Origin: Candidatus Poribacteria bacterium
GTDB lineage: Bacteria > Poribacteria > WGA-4E > WGA-3G
Length of the DNA: 64,000 bases
Assembly: GCA_965215265.1 (NCBI GenBank)
Contig: OZ244048.1
Coordinates: 864,001 to 928,000 of the forward strand
Direction of reading: 5' to 3'
The position numbers and the translations under genes were made by a program. A model generated the notes under the pieces. It ran no database searches. It was not told the DNA's origin and saw only the letters and a list, made by a program, of their open reading frames with translations. Below, in pieces: positions 48,889 through 60,926 of this stretch (positions within the stretch are counted from its first letter, which is position 1; each line of letters starts with the position of its first letter).

Positions 48889-49800
48889 ATGTCAACACAA
48901 ATACATCCGTTACCGCGGAGACGATTGGGACGAACCGAATTAGAAGTCACATGTCTCGGAATGGGCGGTGCAGGCCTCGGCAGGGGCGATGTCACCGACG
49001 ATGAAGCAGTCGAGGCAGTACACCGAGCCATTGACTTAGGAATTAACTACTTGGACACCGCGCCGCTTTACGGTGAAAGTGAGCGTCGGGTCGGGCTTGC
49101 ACTTGCTGGTGGCTGGCGCGAAAAAATCTATCTCGCCACGAAAACCGGCACGCACCCCGAATGGCGTGGCGACTTTAGTGCCGCCGGCACGCGCCGCAGT
49201 GTCGAAAATAGTTTGCAGTTGCTAGGGACTGACGCTCTAGATGTCTGCCTTGTGCATGACCCAGATAGCATGGACCCGGTTCTAGCTAAAGGTGGTGCGT
49301 TGGATGAACTACAAAAGATGCGCGAAGAAGGGTTGATAAAGTTTATCGGCTTGGGCGTGCGGCAACACGAATTCCATAAAATTGCCATCGAAACCGGGGT
49401 CGTCGATGTGATTCTAACCTACTTGGATTATACACTTCTGAGTCAAACTGCCAACGACTGGTTGCTACCGCTTGCTGCTGAAAATGACATCGGCATCATT
49501 AACGGGAGCCCCGTTGCGATGGGCTTGCTTTCAGGACTAGAGCCAGATGTGTCGGCCAGCAGGATGCATTTAGGCACCTCAGATGCCGAGAAAGCACATC
49601 AACTCTGGCAGTGGGCAGCTGAAAACAATTTAAGTCTGCTGAACCTCGCTCTCCAATTTTGCCTCCGGCAGCCGCGTATTGCGATGAACTTGACGGGTGC
49701 TAAAAATGCTGCGGAGGTAGCGGAGAACTTCGCCGCTGCAACCACGCCGGTTCCTGATGCAGTGTGGGAAGCGTTGGTGGCATTTGGCATGGCTGTGTAG
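48889..49800 (+). CDS. Aldo/keto reductase
   Basis: RRLGRT, GINYLDTAPLYGESE, LATK and SLQLLGTD motifs. Confidence 0.92.
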   Translation: MSTQIHPLPRRRLGRTELEVTCLGMGGAGLGRGDVTDDEAVEAVHRAIDLGINYLDTAPLYGESERRVGLALAGGWREKIYLATKTGTHPEWRGDFSAAGTRRSVENSLQLLGTDALDVCLVHDPDSMDPVLAKGGALDELQKMREEGLIKFIGLGVRQHEFHKIAIETGVVDVILTYLDYTLLSQTANDWLLPLAAENDIGIINGSPVAMGLLSGLEPDVSASRMHLGTSDAEKAHQLWQWAAENNLSLLNLALQFCLRQPRIAMNLTGAKNAAEVAENFAAATTPVPDAVWEALVAFGMAV

Positions 49801-49845
49801 TCAGATGTGTGAGCTGCTTTCTAACAACGAAGGGGTGGGAATAAG

Positions 49846-50595
49846 ATGAAATTTAAGGGGAGAGTTGCGTTAGTCACAGGGGCGAGTCGTGGCATTGGTA
49901 GGGCAACCGCCCTCAAATTGGCAAGTGAAGGCGCGACCGTCGCTGTGCATTACGCACGTGCTTCGTCTAAGGCGGAAGCGGTGTGTGAGGAGATTCGGAA
50001 GCTCGGGCAGAACGCACTCGTCGTTCAAGCCGATATAGTGGATAGAGCAGCGGTTAATAGACTCGTTGAACGAGTAACCGAAGAACTTGGGGAAATTGAT
50101 TTGCTGGTGAACAATGCCGGGGATGTCGGGGATATGGCGTTTTCTGAGTTGACACCGGAGCATTGGGATGAGGTTATCGCCGTTAATCTCACCGGTCCGT
50201 TTAATGTGCTGTGGGCAGTCAAGCCGGGTATGATAGCACGGCAGTTCGGGCGCATCGTTAACGTTTCATCTATTGCAGCGTTGGCAGTCCGTCCGGATCA
50301 GCTGCCGTATGCAGCCGCGAAGGCCGGAGTTATCTCGTTAACGAAGTCGTGTTGTGGCCCGCTTGCGCAGCACAACATCCGTATCAATTCGGTTGCCCCA
50401 GGTGCCATCGGTACTGATATGTTAAGCGAAGTCTCGCCGGAAATGGTTGAGCAACTCCGTTCTACCACACCCCTCGGCAGGCTCGGTGAACCTGAGGAGA
50501 TGGCGAATGTGATAACGTTCCTACTCAGTGAGGAATCAAGTTACATGACAGGTTCGACGGTGATAGCAAGTGGTGGACGGATTCTGATGCCGTAG
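49846..50595 (+). CDS. FabG-like SDR
   Basis: TGASRGIG, NNAG and YAAAK motifs. Confidence 0.92.
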   Translation: MKFKGRVALVTGASRGIGRATALKLASEGATVAVHYARASSKAEAVCEEIRKLGQNALVVQADIVDRAAVNRLVERVTEELGEIDLLVNNAGDVGDMAFSELTPEHWDEVIAVNLTGPFNVLWAVKPGMIARQFGRIVNVSSIAALAVRPDQLPYAAAKAGVISLTKSCCGPLAQHNIRINSVAPGAIGTDMLSEVSPEMVEQLRSTTPLGRLGEPEEMANVITFLLSEESSYMTGSTVIASGGRILMP

Positions 50596-50735
50596 CCTAA
50601 AATCGCAGGTAGGGCAAGTTTGCGTTCCCATTTCCACCTGTTTATTGCGTGCCGTGCGTGTTCAATCACCGAACACCACACATTCCGACTGAAGCTTCCC
50701 CATTCCGCTGACCGTGTGAATCTCCCTAGGTTATA

Positions 50736-50819
50736 CTATACCTAAGAAGTCTCTGACGAGATTTACACACGCACTTCCAAAATCATAGACGTTGATGGCA
50801 CGGAGATATACGAAAAAAA
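50736..50819 (-). repeat. R1 unit (reverse, full length)
   Basis: CTATACCTAAGAAGTCTCTGACGAGATTTACAC...CGTTGATGGCACGGAGATATACGAAAAAAA. Confidence 0.85.
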
Positions 50820-50912
50820 CTTATGGGTAAAAGTTCCAAGCGCCTATACCCCTATGACGCTTCGATCGGTGTGAGGTTGCATAATCAATAGCTCTATCTG
50901 TACGAAATCAGG

Positions 50913-51659
50913 CTACAAATTTTGGAGGCACTGTCTGATGTAAGGGATATCGTCTGCCCACAATCCGTCAATCTGCACGTCCACAGCCCATGCCACATCT
51001 TTCGAGGTTCGGATGAAACCTGCTTCAACAACGATGCCGTTTTCTTTGAGTTGATGAATCTTTTGCCGAATAGAGTTGGTGAAAGGTTTAAAATGGTTCA
51101 GTCTGCTCCAGCCTAAGATGATACGGTCTGCGTTAATCGTGTTCGCTGCGTTGACAAAATTTTCCATCGGATTGATGTGGATTGCGCTCGTCTGAAGTTT
51201 AGGTTCTAACTTTTTTGCTTGAACGAGGAGCTGCTTGCGCCAGGAAAAGGTAAGTATTCCGGCCTCATCGATGACTTCAAACTTGCGGATTCGCTCAACG
51301 ATGATAGCCATAAGTTCTTGTGCGTTACTCTTGGGTTCAATGAAGCACGGTATCTGGTTTTCGCGTGTGAATTGGAGTGCGTCATCCAAGTGTGCGACGG
51401 GTTCGTCAGAGTTCTCCGATGTTAATTGTTGCACGTCTTCCCACATCAATTCGCTGAGCGGTGTGTTGCATCCAGTCGCTTTAAGAACACTATCTCGGTT
51501 GAAATCGATGTGAATTAGCACCGGTTCTTTATCACGGGTGAGGCAGACATCGCACTCATAAGCGTCTGCCCCGTCGGCTAATGCTTGTTTAAAAGCGGCG
51601 AGCGTGTTTTCGGGTGCACGCGCCATTCCGCCTCGATGTGCTAGGATTTGGAAAGTCAT
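50913..51659 (-). CDS. Glycerophosphodiester phosphodiesterase
   Basis: AHRGG..APENTLAAF, ECDV and IEPK motifs. The start is MTFQIL; the upstream extension is R2 DNA. Confidence 0.9.
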   Translation of the reverse strand: MTFQILAHRGGMARAPENTLAAFKQALADGADAYECDVCLTRDKEPVLIHIDFNRDSVLKATGCNTPLSELMWEDVQQLTSENSDEPVAHLDDALQFTRENQIPCFIEPKSNAQELMAIIVERIRKFEVIDEAGILTFSWRKQLLVQAKKLEPKLQTSAIHINPMENFVNAANTINADRIILGWSRLNHFKPFTNSIRQKIHQLKENGIVVEAGFIRTSKDVAWAVDVQIDGLWADDIPYIRQCLQNL

Positions 51660-51673
51660 TGCTTGTCCTTCAC

Positions 51674-51738
51674 CCCAATGGGTGGCAGGTAAAAGGTTAT
51701 CTTCTCTCATGGACAGAGAAAGATACCTATCCTGCCAC
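51674..51738 (+). repeat. R2 hairpin element (intergenic)
   Basis: CCCAATGGGTGGCAGGTAAAAGGTTATCTTCTCTCATGGACAGAGAAAGATACCTATCCTGCCAC. Confidence 0.88.
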
Positions 51739-51753
51739 TTCTGCGAGGGCAGT

Positions 51754-52494
51754 TCACTTTTTCTGCCAAGTTCCCTTCTTATACCACATCCGCTCAAAGT
51801 TGTCCTGCGGTGAGAACCCTAAGATGCGTTTGGTTTTGATATTTGAGAATTGCTGGTGTGGCAAATCCGCGCAAATGTTAAAAACTTCACAGCGTGATGG
51901 GAGTTCTTCTAACGGAATCTCTAGCCCGAGTCGAAACGCCTCACCCGCGTCGTGCCATGTAACTGAAAACGGATCCAAATCGGTGCCTTCTGCATCGTCA
52001 TCATTCTCACGGAAACTGAGGAAGAGGTAGCAGAGGACATAGATGTCGTAATGTTCGGTGAAGACTTTGCAAATTTCCTGTCCGAGTCCCTTTGTAATTG
52101 GATAGAGCCCTGTGCTGGTGTGGGGTGGGACATCCGGGTTAATCTCATAATCGTAGGTTGTGTACGTATCGCCTTGGACGGTAAAGTGGGGTCCGGTGTT
52201 AATGACGCGTCGGATGCCATGTTCAACGGCGGCGCGCATGGTGTTATAGCATCCACGCGTGCTCACATCAAAAGCGAGCTGCCGGTCTTGGCGTAAGACA
52301 GAGCAGTTGATAATCGCGTCCATACCTTCTGCAGCACGCATGACAGCATCTAACGAACCGACATCAATGTGCATCGATTCGTGTTCGGTGTCAATATCGT
52401 TGATGTCTGTTACGCGTAAAGTGTAGTCTGGCTCAAGTGCCTTAACGACGTGTGGGCCGAGGTATCCGTTTCCGCCTAAAATGAGAACCTTCAT
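51754..52494 (-). CDS. NAD-dependent epimerase/dehydratase (uronate dehydrogenase-like)
   Basis: MKVLILGGNGYLG and YPITK motifs; AGGAGG RBS. Confidence 0.85.
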   Translation of the reverse strand: MKVLILGGNGYLGPHVVKALEPDYTLRVTDINDIDTEHESMHIDVGSLDAVMRAAEGMDAIINCSVLRQDRQLAFDVSTRGCYNTMRAAVEHGIRRVINTGPHFTVQGDTYTTYDYEINPDVPPHTSTGLYPITKGLGQEICKVFTEHYDIYVLCYLFLSFRENDDDAEGTDLDPFSVTWHDAGEAFRLGLEIPLEELPSRCEVFNICADLPHQQFSNIKTKRILGFSPQDNFERMWYKKGTWQKK

Positions 52495-52594
52495 TTTTTC
52501 GCCTCCTACTCTGGAGTTTTCCAAATTACCGGGGATTGTAGATAAAACTGTCATTAGCAAACTCCTGCGGGGTATACAAAAGGGACAGCCGCTT

Positions 52595-53299
52595 TTATGC
52601 TGGAACAAATTGTGGGTTGAATTTGAGATGCGTTTTAGCTCTGCCGATCGAAAAACGGGAGCCTGGGAACTCCGACTGTATGTGAAAGATACCCCATCGC
52701 GATGGTGTTTCAAGCGCGCCTTTGAACGCAGCGACTGCATCCTTTATTTCAAGCCACATTGAATCCAGTTCGGCTGTGGCTGATTCTTCAGCGGTAGTGA
52801 GGTTGCCGAGTCGTAGGCAGGTTATGTTCAGCTTGGCTTCGCGCGCGAATTCTCTGCAGGTGAATTCGCCGAGGTGTTTTGAGAGAACAAAACTATCCAC
52901 AGTAGGCCACGGACGCCAGTTTTCGGTGACTGTCCAGTCTTCACCGTGTTGCTCAAACAGACAGAGGGTGCTGGCATAAATGACGTGCTTCACGTCTTCA
53001 GCGGCGGCGGCCATGAGTAAGTTATAGGTGCGGCGTGTCTGATAATCGATTGCGAAGTTTTCGGGCTGTTCGGCTTCTGCCAACAACGTCGGTGGCACTT
53101 GGGCCACGTGGATAATCGCGTGCATGCCTTTCACTAACTCGTTCGTTGATTCATCGTGTCCGAGTTGACTTTGCACAAAGTCGAAATCAGGAGATTCGAT
53201 GTCGTGGAGCTCTGTTAAGCGGATAGTATGCCCCTCAGATAAAGAGGTTGCCAATTGTTGTGCTAAATCGGAGCTCGCTGAAGTAATCAAGACATTCAT
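52595..53299 (-). CDS. NAD-dependent epimerase family protein (degenerate Rossmann motif)
   Basis: MNVLITSASS, VIYAST, LSKHLGE and CLRLG motifs; GGAGG RBS. Confidence 0.75.
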   Translation of the reverse strand: MNVLITSASSDLAQQLATSLSEGHTIRLTELHDIESPDFDFVQSQLGHDESTNELVKGMHAIIHVAQVPPTLLAEAEQPENFAIDYQTRRTYNLLMAAAAEDVKHVIYASTLCLFEQHGEDWTVTENWRPWPTVDSFVLSKHLGEFTCREFAREAKLNITCLRLGNLTTAEESATAELDSMWLEIKDAVAAFKGALETPSRWGIFHIQSEFPGSRFSIGRAKTHLKFNPQFVPA

Positions 53300-53434
53300 A
53301 AAAATAGCCTCCCAATGGAACTGGTGAAAATGTCCCCCGGTTCGCGAATGAATAACAAGCAGAGATGGTAAGCAAACGTTCCGGGAAAATAACCGATGGG
53401 AAAAAGACAGCAAAGAGCGATCCGGTAATCGTCT

Positions 53435-53848
53435 TTAGGCCGGGAGTGCATGTCGAATTTTATCGGCGATGTTGCCAATGGAAGCCAAATCCCCATTGCT
53501 CGGTTTCCACGGCAGCCGCAAAGCATCGTCTTCCCAACGCGGAATCAGGTGGAGATGGAAATGGAACACCGTTTGAAATCCTGCTGCTTCGTTGGACTGA
53601 AAGAGGTTAAGCCCATCCGGATTTAAAGCCTCCCGCATCGCGGTAGCGAGTTGTATAGCAGCCTCCATAATTTGACTGCCGACTGCCGTGGGCATATCAA
53701 AGATATTTCGATAGTGTGATTTCGGTATAACGAGGAGGTGCCCTGGGTTTGCGGGAGCGATGTCCATAAACGCCAAAACAGCCTCATTTTCATAAACCTT
53801 GGTTGCAGGAATCTGCCCTGCAACAATCGCACAAAAGATACAATCCAT
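53435..53848 (-). CDS. HIT family hydrolase
   Basis: CIFC, GHLLVIPK and QTVFHFHLHLIPR motifs. Confidence 0.95.
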   Translation of the reverse strand: MDCIFCAIVAGQIPATKVYENEAVLAFMDIAPANPGHLLVIPKSHYRNIFDMPTAVGSQIMEAAIQLATAMREALNPDGLNLFQSNEAAGFQTVFHFHLHLIPRWEDDALRLPWKPSNGDLASIGNIADKIRHALPA

Positions 53849-54018
53849 TGATTCACTTCCTCAATATGAAGACTTCCAATTTAGTTTAGCATAAATGCAC
53901 AGATGATGTCAATTCTTTTGATTTTTTGAGACTAACTATGGTAAAATAATACGGAACGCGGTTCTCTTGATACTGCTGGGGCGTAATAAGGGGCAGGAAG
54001 GATTGCGCGTTTACCTGA

Positions 54019-56176
<2,158 letters not shown>

Positions 56177-56177
56177 C

Positions 56178-56500
56178 TTTTTGTATATCTCCGTTTTTGT
56201 CTACAGGAGCCCTACAACGCCTGATGTTTTGTTAATCATTGTGTACATCTCGTCTTTTTGTATATGTTAGCACAGCTTTTTGTATATCTCCGTACCATAA
56301 AGGTTTATGTTTTGTTAATCACTTTATAAATCTCGTTTTTTTCGTATCTTTTAGCACGTCAACGTCTGATGTTTTGCTATCCGTTGTACAAATCTCGTCG
56401 GAGGGGTTCTCTGTTTTGTGTTGTACATCAGAAGTCTCTGGCGAGTTTTGTGCGGGGTTGTTCATTACATCTGATGTAATGTGCTGAGATATACGAAAAA
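56178..56500. repeat. Largest R1 cluster (5 units on +, 1 inverted)
   Basis: Unit heads near 56180, 56196, 56257, 56279 and 56341, and a reverse head near 56497. Confidence 0.85.
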
Positions 56501-56533
56501 TTCTTTCCTGTGCTGTATACTATGCTTTGACAG

Positions 56534-57457
56534 TTAGCGTCGACAAATTTTCAAGGTTTCTTCAAGGTTCTGGATTCCAGCTGTGGTGCCTATGGCGGTG
56601 ACGCAGGCGGCCCCGGTTGCGGAAGCCAGTTCGGCTGTAGCATTCAACTCCCAGCCCATGACCGTTCCCGCGAGGAACCCGGCGACATACGCATCACCGG
56701 CACCGGTGGCATCAATGACGTTCACGTTGTAGGCCGGTACAAAGATTTCTTCGTCAGCGGTTCGGACATAACTCCCTTGCTCTCCAATTTTAATAGCAAC
56801 GGTATGGATGCCGTAACGCAGCAAGGATGCGGCGATATTAGAGGGTTCTGTCTTTCCAGTCAGATGTTGTGCTTCAGCGAGACTCGGCAGAAAAATATCA
56901 ACGTAAGACAAGCACGGTTCCAGGATTTCGAGCCATTTTCCAGTTGCATCCCAGGCCGTATCCAGAGAAGTGGTAATGCCATGTGCCTTAGATTTGCGGA
57001 GGACATTTGCCATCGGCTGTCCATCAAAGTTCGGCATGACGAGGGCACCGCCAATGTGCAGAATTTTAGTATTTTTAATGATGTCCCATGCTAGGTTATC
57101 TTCAGAAAGTTCTGCGTTTGCACCGATGTAATGACAAAAACTCCGTTCCCCATCAGATGCGATGGCGACGAACGTAAAAGAGGTGTTAACATGTGCATCC
57201 CGGGACATGCCGGTTGTGTCAACGCCGTTCTCTTGCAGCGTGCGCAACACGAGGTTTCCGAAGTCGTCTCTGCCAATATTCCCCATTGCTCCAACGGAGA
57301 TGCCGAGGCGTGCCAGTGCGATAGCGGTGTTGTTGGCACAACCCCCGGCATGGGTTTCAAGTTCGTCAAAGAGTATTAATTTCCCCTTGTCGGGAAACTG
57401 GTTGATAGTTCTTCCAAGTACATCTACTACGAAAATTCCCAAAGAGAGTACATCCAT
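56534..57457 (-). CDS. PfkB family carbohydrate kinase
   Basis: GGCANNTAIALARLG, DGERSF and DATGAGDAY motifs. Confidence 0.93.
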   Translation of the reverse strand: MDVLSLGIFVVDVLGRTINQFPDKGKLILFDELETHAGGCANNTAIALARLGISVGAMGNIGRDDFGNLVLRTLQENGVDTTGMSRDAHVNTSFTFVAIASDGERSFCHYIGANAELSEDNLAWDIIKNTKILHIGGALVMPNFDGQPMANVLRKSKAHGITTSLDTAWDATGKWLEILEPCLSYVDIFLPSLAEAQHLTGKTEPSNIAASLLRYGIHTVAIKIGEQGSYVRTADEEIFVPAYNVNVIDATGAGDAYVAGFLAGTVMGWELNATAELASATGAACVTAIGTTAGIQNLEETLKICRR

Positions 57458-57458
57458 T

Positions 57459-57740
57459 CTTTTGTATACCTCAGTGGCACTGCCGACTCTTCCCTGCTTT
57501 GCAGGGCAAAGTCAGCAGTGCCAATCTATGGATAAATCTCGTCGGAGCCGTTCGCGGTTTAGATTCAATACATCGAAGGGCTCCGACGAGGCTTGTAAAG
57601 GGTTTAGCATAGCAGCAACCTTTATTGGGCTAAAAGATACTAAAAATCTCGTCGGAGATTGCTTAGGTATAGTCTTTTGAAGTCAAAACCTAAGCGGCTT
57701 TTCGTATACTGGAGCCCTACTGTGCTGAAATATACGAAAG
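57459..57740. repeat. R1/R2 mosaic cluster
   Basis: An R1 unit interrupted by the hairpin TGGCACTG...CCCTGC-TTT-GCAGGG...CAGTGCCA (57475-57523), inverted R1 units, and AAATCTCGTCGGAG twice. Confidence 0.8.
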
Positions 57741-59654
57741 CACTAAAGTTTCATCTGTTTGTCTCACATGCCCGTTCGCATAGATATCTCCAAAAGGTTG
57801 CGATGTCCAGCCGATTGACACCGGGGCTTCTTGATTCGTGAGATATTGCAACACGCCTTCCTTTTGTAGAATTCGTGCGAACTGCTTTTGGATGCCAAAG
57901 AGTCCTTGGAGAGCCGGTATCTGTTTTTGCGTTTTAGTTAGCTGATACGCATTCTCAAGTTCCGTTGGAAGAGACTGTGGCGTGAAAAATGTCTCTATAA
58001 TATATGTTCTCGGATGCCACGGTTCCAAGGCGACCTGGCGCAACTGAGATGTGGAGGATTGAATAAATGCTTCGTTTGATGCCGCAGTTAAAGGGGTGAT
58101 TAGGACAGGTTTATCAAACGCAATTGATGTTTCGGTATGCCTGGTTGCCCTAATCGCAATGTAACGTTGCAAATGTGCTCGATGGCGTTCTGGATAGATG
58201 GATAAAATGGAGAATGAGTCTGCGGCGATACTGTTCGGCAAAATCGTTTGCGCGATGCCGATTGCCCCGATGGAAAGGAGTCCAAAGAGTCCGCCGGCTA
58301 TCCAGTAGCGGCGCGCGCGCCTTTGTGGCCGCCCTAAATAGAATAAGATGCCGCCCAAACTAAGCAGGTACGCAGGTAAGACGATAGCGAGCTGTTTAAT
58401 GAGCGGCACCTGTGTTGGCATTTTTAATAGAAACTGTTCATAAATCTTCTGTTCGTGTTCGCGGTGTAGTGCATACCGGTCAGCGAAGTGTCGAGGTGAT
58501 TTTCCGGCCGTTTTGAGTAATTGATTCCAAAAAACTTCCGCTGTTTTCTGTGCTGAGAACGGTGGCGCGTTATAATCGAAAGCCAGACATAGAATCTGTC
58601 CACTGCCAAAATTCCGTTTTGCTATGTAGATGTCTTCAGCAGTTCCCATCACAACTTGACATCCGACGTTGGGTTGAAAGCGGATTTTTTGTATTGCACC
58701 GAGGTCGGATTGCTCGTCTAAGCTCTTTGCGTTTAAAAAGTGCTTGTTCAGCCCAGTGGGTGGCAGGTAAAAGGTTATCTTCTCTGTCCTCGAGGATAGA
58801 GAAAGATACCTATCCTGCCACTCAGCAACGGTTTCCACGCCGTTCAGTCGAACGGGGAGGAAGGGTTCAATGAAACTCTTCTGCAGGTAGCGGAAATTGC
58901 TGCCGCCGGACAGTATGAGGGTGCCGCCGTTTTGTACCCAATCCAAGAGTGCTGTCTGCTGTTGTTTGGAGATGTTTCTCTCGGTTAACGCCGTCTCACG
59001 AATGACTATCGTATCAACGGCATTATAGCCTATCCACTGTGTCGGCATTGTGCGTGCATTCGGAAGGTAATCGACGTGTATTTGCGCCCCGGTGCCATAG
59101 ATCTGTTGTTTATCTATAAATTGCTGTAATCTGTCACCGTTTGGTGCGAGTGCCAGTACGAAATAGTCTTGGCGAGCGATCGGTGTTGAGGGTATTATTT
59201 GAGTTTTGGCTAGAACGGTTTTAGGCGGCGTAGTTGGATGGCGTTTTGTGGGATTCTCAGCATGCACGAGTTGAACGACCAGTTTTGCCGCGACTTTGGG
59301 GCAGTAGACGTAGAGCTGCCTCCGCCGCCGATGGAAAGGTGCCGCATGCGTTTGGAGCAGTGCATCGGAAAAAGCGTTGCGCACCTCTACACGGAGCTCT
59401 CCGACAAACGGTTCATTCTGACTGCGGACAGTGATATCCAGGGGTGCCCAGGTAGCAGCTTTGTACTTTCCGTTGAACCCGAACGTCACGTTCTCAAACT
59501 CCATCGCTCTTAAAGTTACCGGGGCCTGAATCAGGATTAACAAGCTCAGCAAGGCAAGTGCCTGCAAGCTCCTCACTGTGTGGGTAGCGAAATGCTTTGC
59601 ATAATAGGTGAATAGGTTTTTCACGCTCTGATAAGGTGAGCAGGATTTAAACAT
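57717..59654 (-). CDS. Hypothetical membrane protein with GATase1-like domain (start uncertain)
   Basis: GFNGKYK...W.PL, W.GYNAVD, ALLDWVQNGGTLILSGG, RNFGSGQI and two TM segments. Confidence 0.7.
   Translation of the reverse strand: MFKSCSPYQSVKNLFTYYAKHFATHTVRSLQALALLSLLILIQAPVTLRAMEFENVTFGFNGKYKAATWAPLDITVRSQNEPFVGELRVEVRNAFSDALLQTHAAPFHRRRRQLYVYCPKVAAKLVVQLVHAENPTKRHPTTPPKTVLAKTQIIPSTPIARQDYFVLALAPNGDRLQQFIDKQQIYGTGAQIHVDYLPNARTMPTQWIGYNAVDTIVIRETALTERNISKQQQTALLDWVQNGGTLILSGGSNFRYLQKSFIEPFLPVRLNGVETVAEWQDRYLSLSSRTEKITFYLPPTGLNKHFLNAKSLDEQSDLGAIQKIRFQPNVGCQVVMGTAEDIYIAKRNFGSGQILCLAFDYNAPPFSAQKTAEVFWNQLLKTAGKSPRHFADRYALHREHEQKIYEQFLLKMPTQVPLIKQLAIVLPAYLLSLGGILFYLGRPQRRARRYWIAGGLFGLLSIGAIGIAQTILPNSIAADSFSILSIYPERHRAHLQRYIAIRATRHTETSIAFDKPVLITPLTAASNEAFIQSSTSQLRQVALEPWHPRTYIIETFFTPQSLPTELENAYQLTKTQKQIPALQGLFGIQKQFARILQKEGVLQYLTNQEAPVSIGWTSQPFGDIYANGHVRQTDETLVLSYISAQ
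58752..58821 (+). repeat. R2 element in frame (antisense) inside CDS 57717-59654
   Basis: CCCAGTGGGTGGCAGGTAAAAGGTTATCTTCTCTGTCCTCGAGGATAGAGAAAGATACCTATCCTGCCAC, translated as WQDRYLSLSSRTEKITFYLPPTG. Confidence 0.88.
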
Positions 59655-60517
59655 AATCGCGTCTCCAATGCTGCATCAAAAGCATGGGTGCTAAACACTC
59701 CATTTCCTAACATAATCATTGATGCGACTCCGCCTCTCGCTTCAACTTGTGCGATTGTCCGTATGACTTGCGGCTCGCGGAGCAGCCCACTTTCGACTGT
59801 AAATTGCTTGGATACCGCTAAGCAAGCGTTAAACATATCGATATGAGCGGCTGTCTCTTGTGATGGCAAAACAATCTTGCTGCTCTGCTCGACGAGTTGT
59901 TTTAAAGTGGTTAATGCTGTATCGGCTGCGCGATTGATGCGCGCCACTTGTTTAGGGTTTGCTAGTACCTCGCTCGTTTGAATAGGACTGAAATAGCGAT
60001 AGTAGATAGGCTGTTCCTCGACGTGCGGCACCCTTTCAGCGACTAACGGTGCTCCTTCTTTTAGCTTAGCAAGGCAGCCGCCGTGGTATTGCGAACAGAC
60101 ATCACCGAGTCCAGTCCGGTTTTCGACTTCGGCGACGTGCGCTATCATAGCGAGTGCTTCATTGGGTTCGCGAAGTCCGAACTGTTCGTTTAGCGCGTAT
60201 GCAGTCGCTAAGGCAGATGCCCCACTGAGCCCGAAGCCGCATCCTAACGGGAGCGGCGAGTGAATCTCCGCTTTTACCGTGTTCGGTTGTGTGGTTCCGG
60301 CGCGTTGACTTAACTTATGGATGACAGCCCGCACGGTGGGAAAATCAATTTCCTGTCCATTAAAAAGGATTTTCGTCTCATCATGCGTAGAAACGGTGAC
60401 GGTAACCCCTTCCTTCACAGTAAAGCCCATACCGAGGGAGTGCATGCGCGTTGGTTCGGCATCTGGAATAATCTTAAAAATGCAAGAGATATTGCCTGGG
60501 GCAAATGCACTCGTCAT
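59621..60517 (-). CDS. GHMP kinase, archaeal-type pantoate kinase-like
   Basis: SAFAPGNISCIF, PLGCGFGLSGASAL, AHVAEVENRTGLGDV.SQ..GG and ASMIMLGNGVF motifs. Confidence 0.8.
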   Translation of the reverse strand: MTSAFAPGNISCIFKIIPDAEPTRMHSLGMGFTVKEGVTVTVSTHDETKILFNGQEIDFPTVRAVIHKLSQRAGTTQPNTVKAEIHSPLPLGCGFGLSGASALATAYALNEQFGLREPNEALAMIAHVAEVENRTGLGDVCSQYHGGCLAKLKEGAPLVAERVPHVEEQPIYYRYFSPIQTSEVLANPKQVARINRAADTALTTLKQLVEQSSKIVLPSQETAAHIDMFNACLAVSKQFTVESGLLREPQVIRTIAQVEARGGVASMIMLGNGVFSTHAFDAALETRLCLNPAHLIRA

Positions 60518-60524
60518 TTTTTCG

Positions 60525-60925
60525 TTTTTTTGTACACTGGAGCCCCAACAAGGCTGATGCATTGTTCAATCCACTATAAATGTCGTCGCCCGCCCACCCA
60601 AATCCTTTGATGTTTTTCGTATATCTCCGTACCGTCAACGCTTATGTCGTGAGCACTCGTGTGTTGGCAGGTTCGGTTTTCTTGTCCCAGTGGGTGGCAG
60701 ATAAAAGGTTATCCCAATGGGTGGCGAGTAAAAGGTTATCTTGTCTCATGGACAGAGAAAGAATACCTATCTCGCCACTTTTCACTCCTTGCAGGAGTGA
60801 AAAGAAAACCTATCCCTCAACCTTATCCTGCCAATCTATAGATTTGTGCTAAGGTTAACATTGCAGCAGCCTTTATCGGGCTCTTGTAGACAAAAGACCT
60901 TTATTGGGCTCCTGTAGACAAAAGA
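60525..60925. repeat. R1/R2 mosaic cluster (4 R1 heads, 2-3 R2 pieces)
   Basis: R1 at 60529 and 60616 on +, and near 60895 and 60923 on -. R2 at 60686-60833, including the palindrome CTTTTCACTCCT-TGC-AGGAGTGAAAAG. Confidence 0.85.
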
Positions 60926-60926
60926 C

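Noticed and set aside
56177-56194. GGAGATATAC as T7/pET vector contamination
   Set aside because: It is part of the native R1 head, present in many diverged copies with no other vector sequence.
56178-56500. R1 tandem clusters as a CRISPR array
   Set aside because: The repeats are degenerate and occur in both orientations, the cores are related to each other rather than unique spacers, and no cas genes are present.
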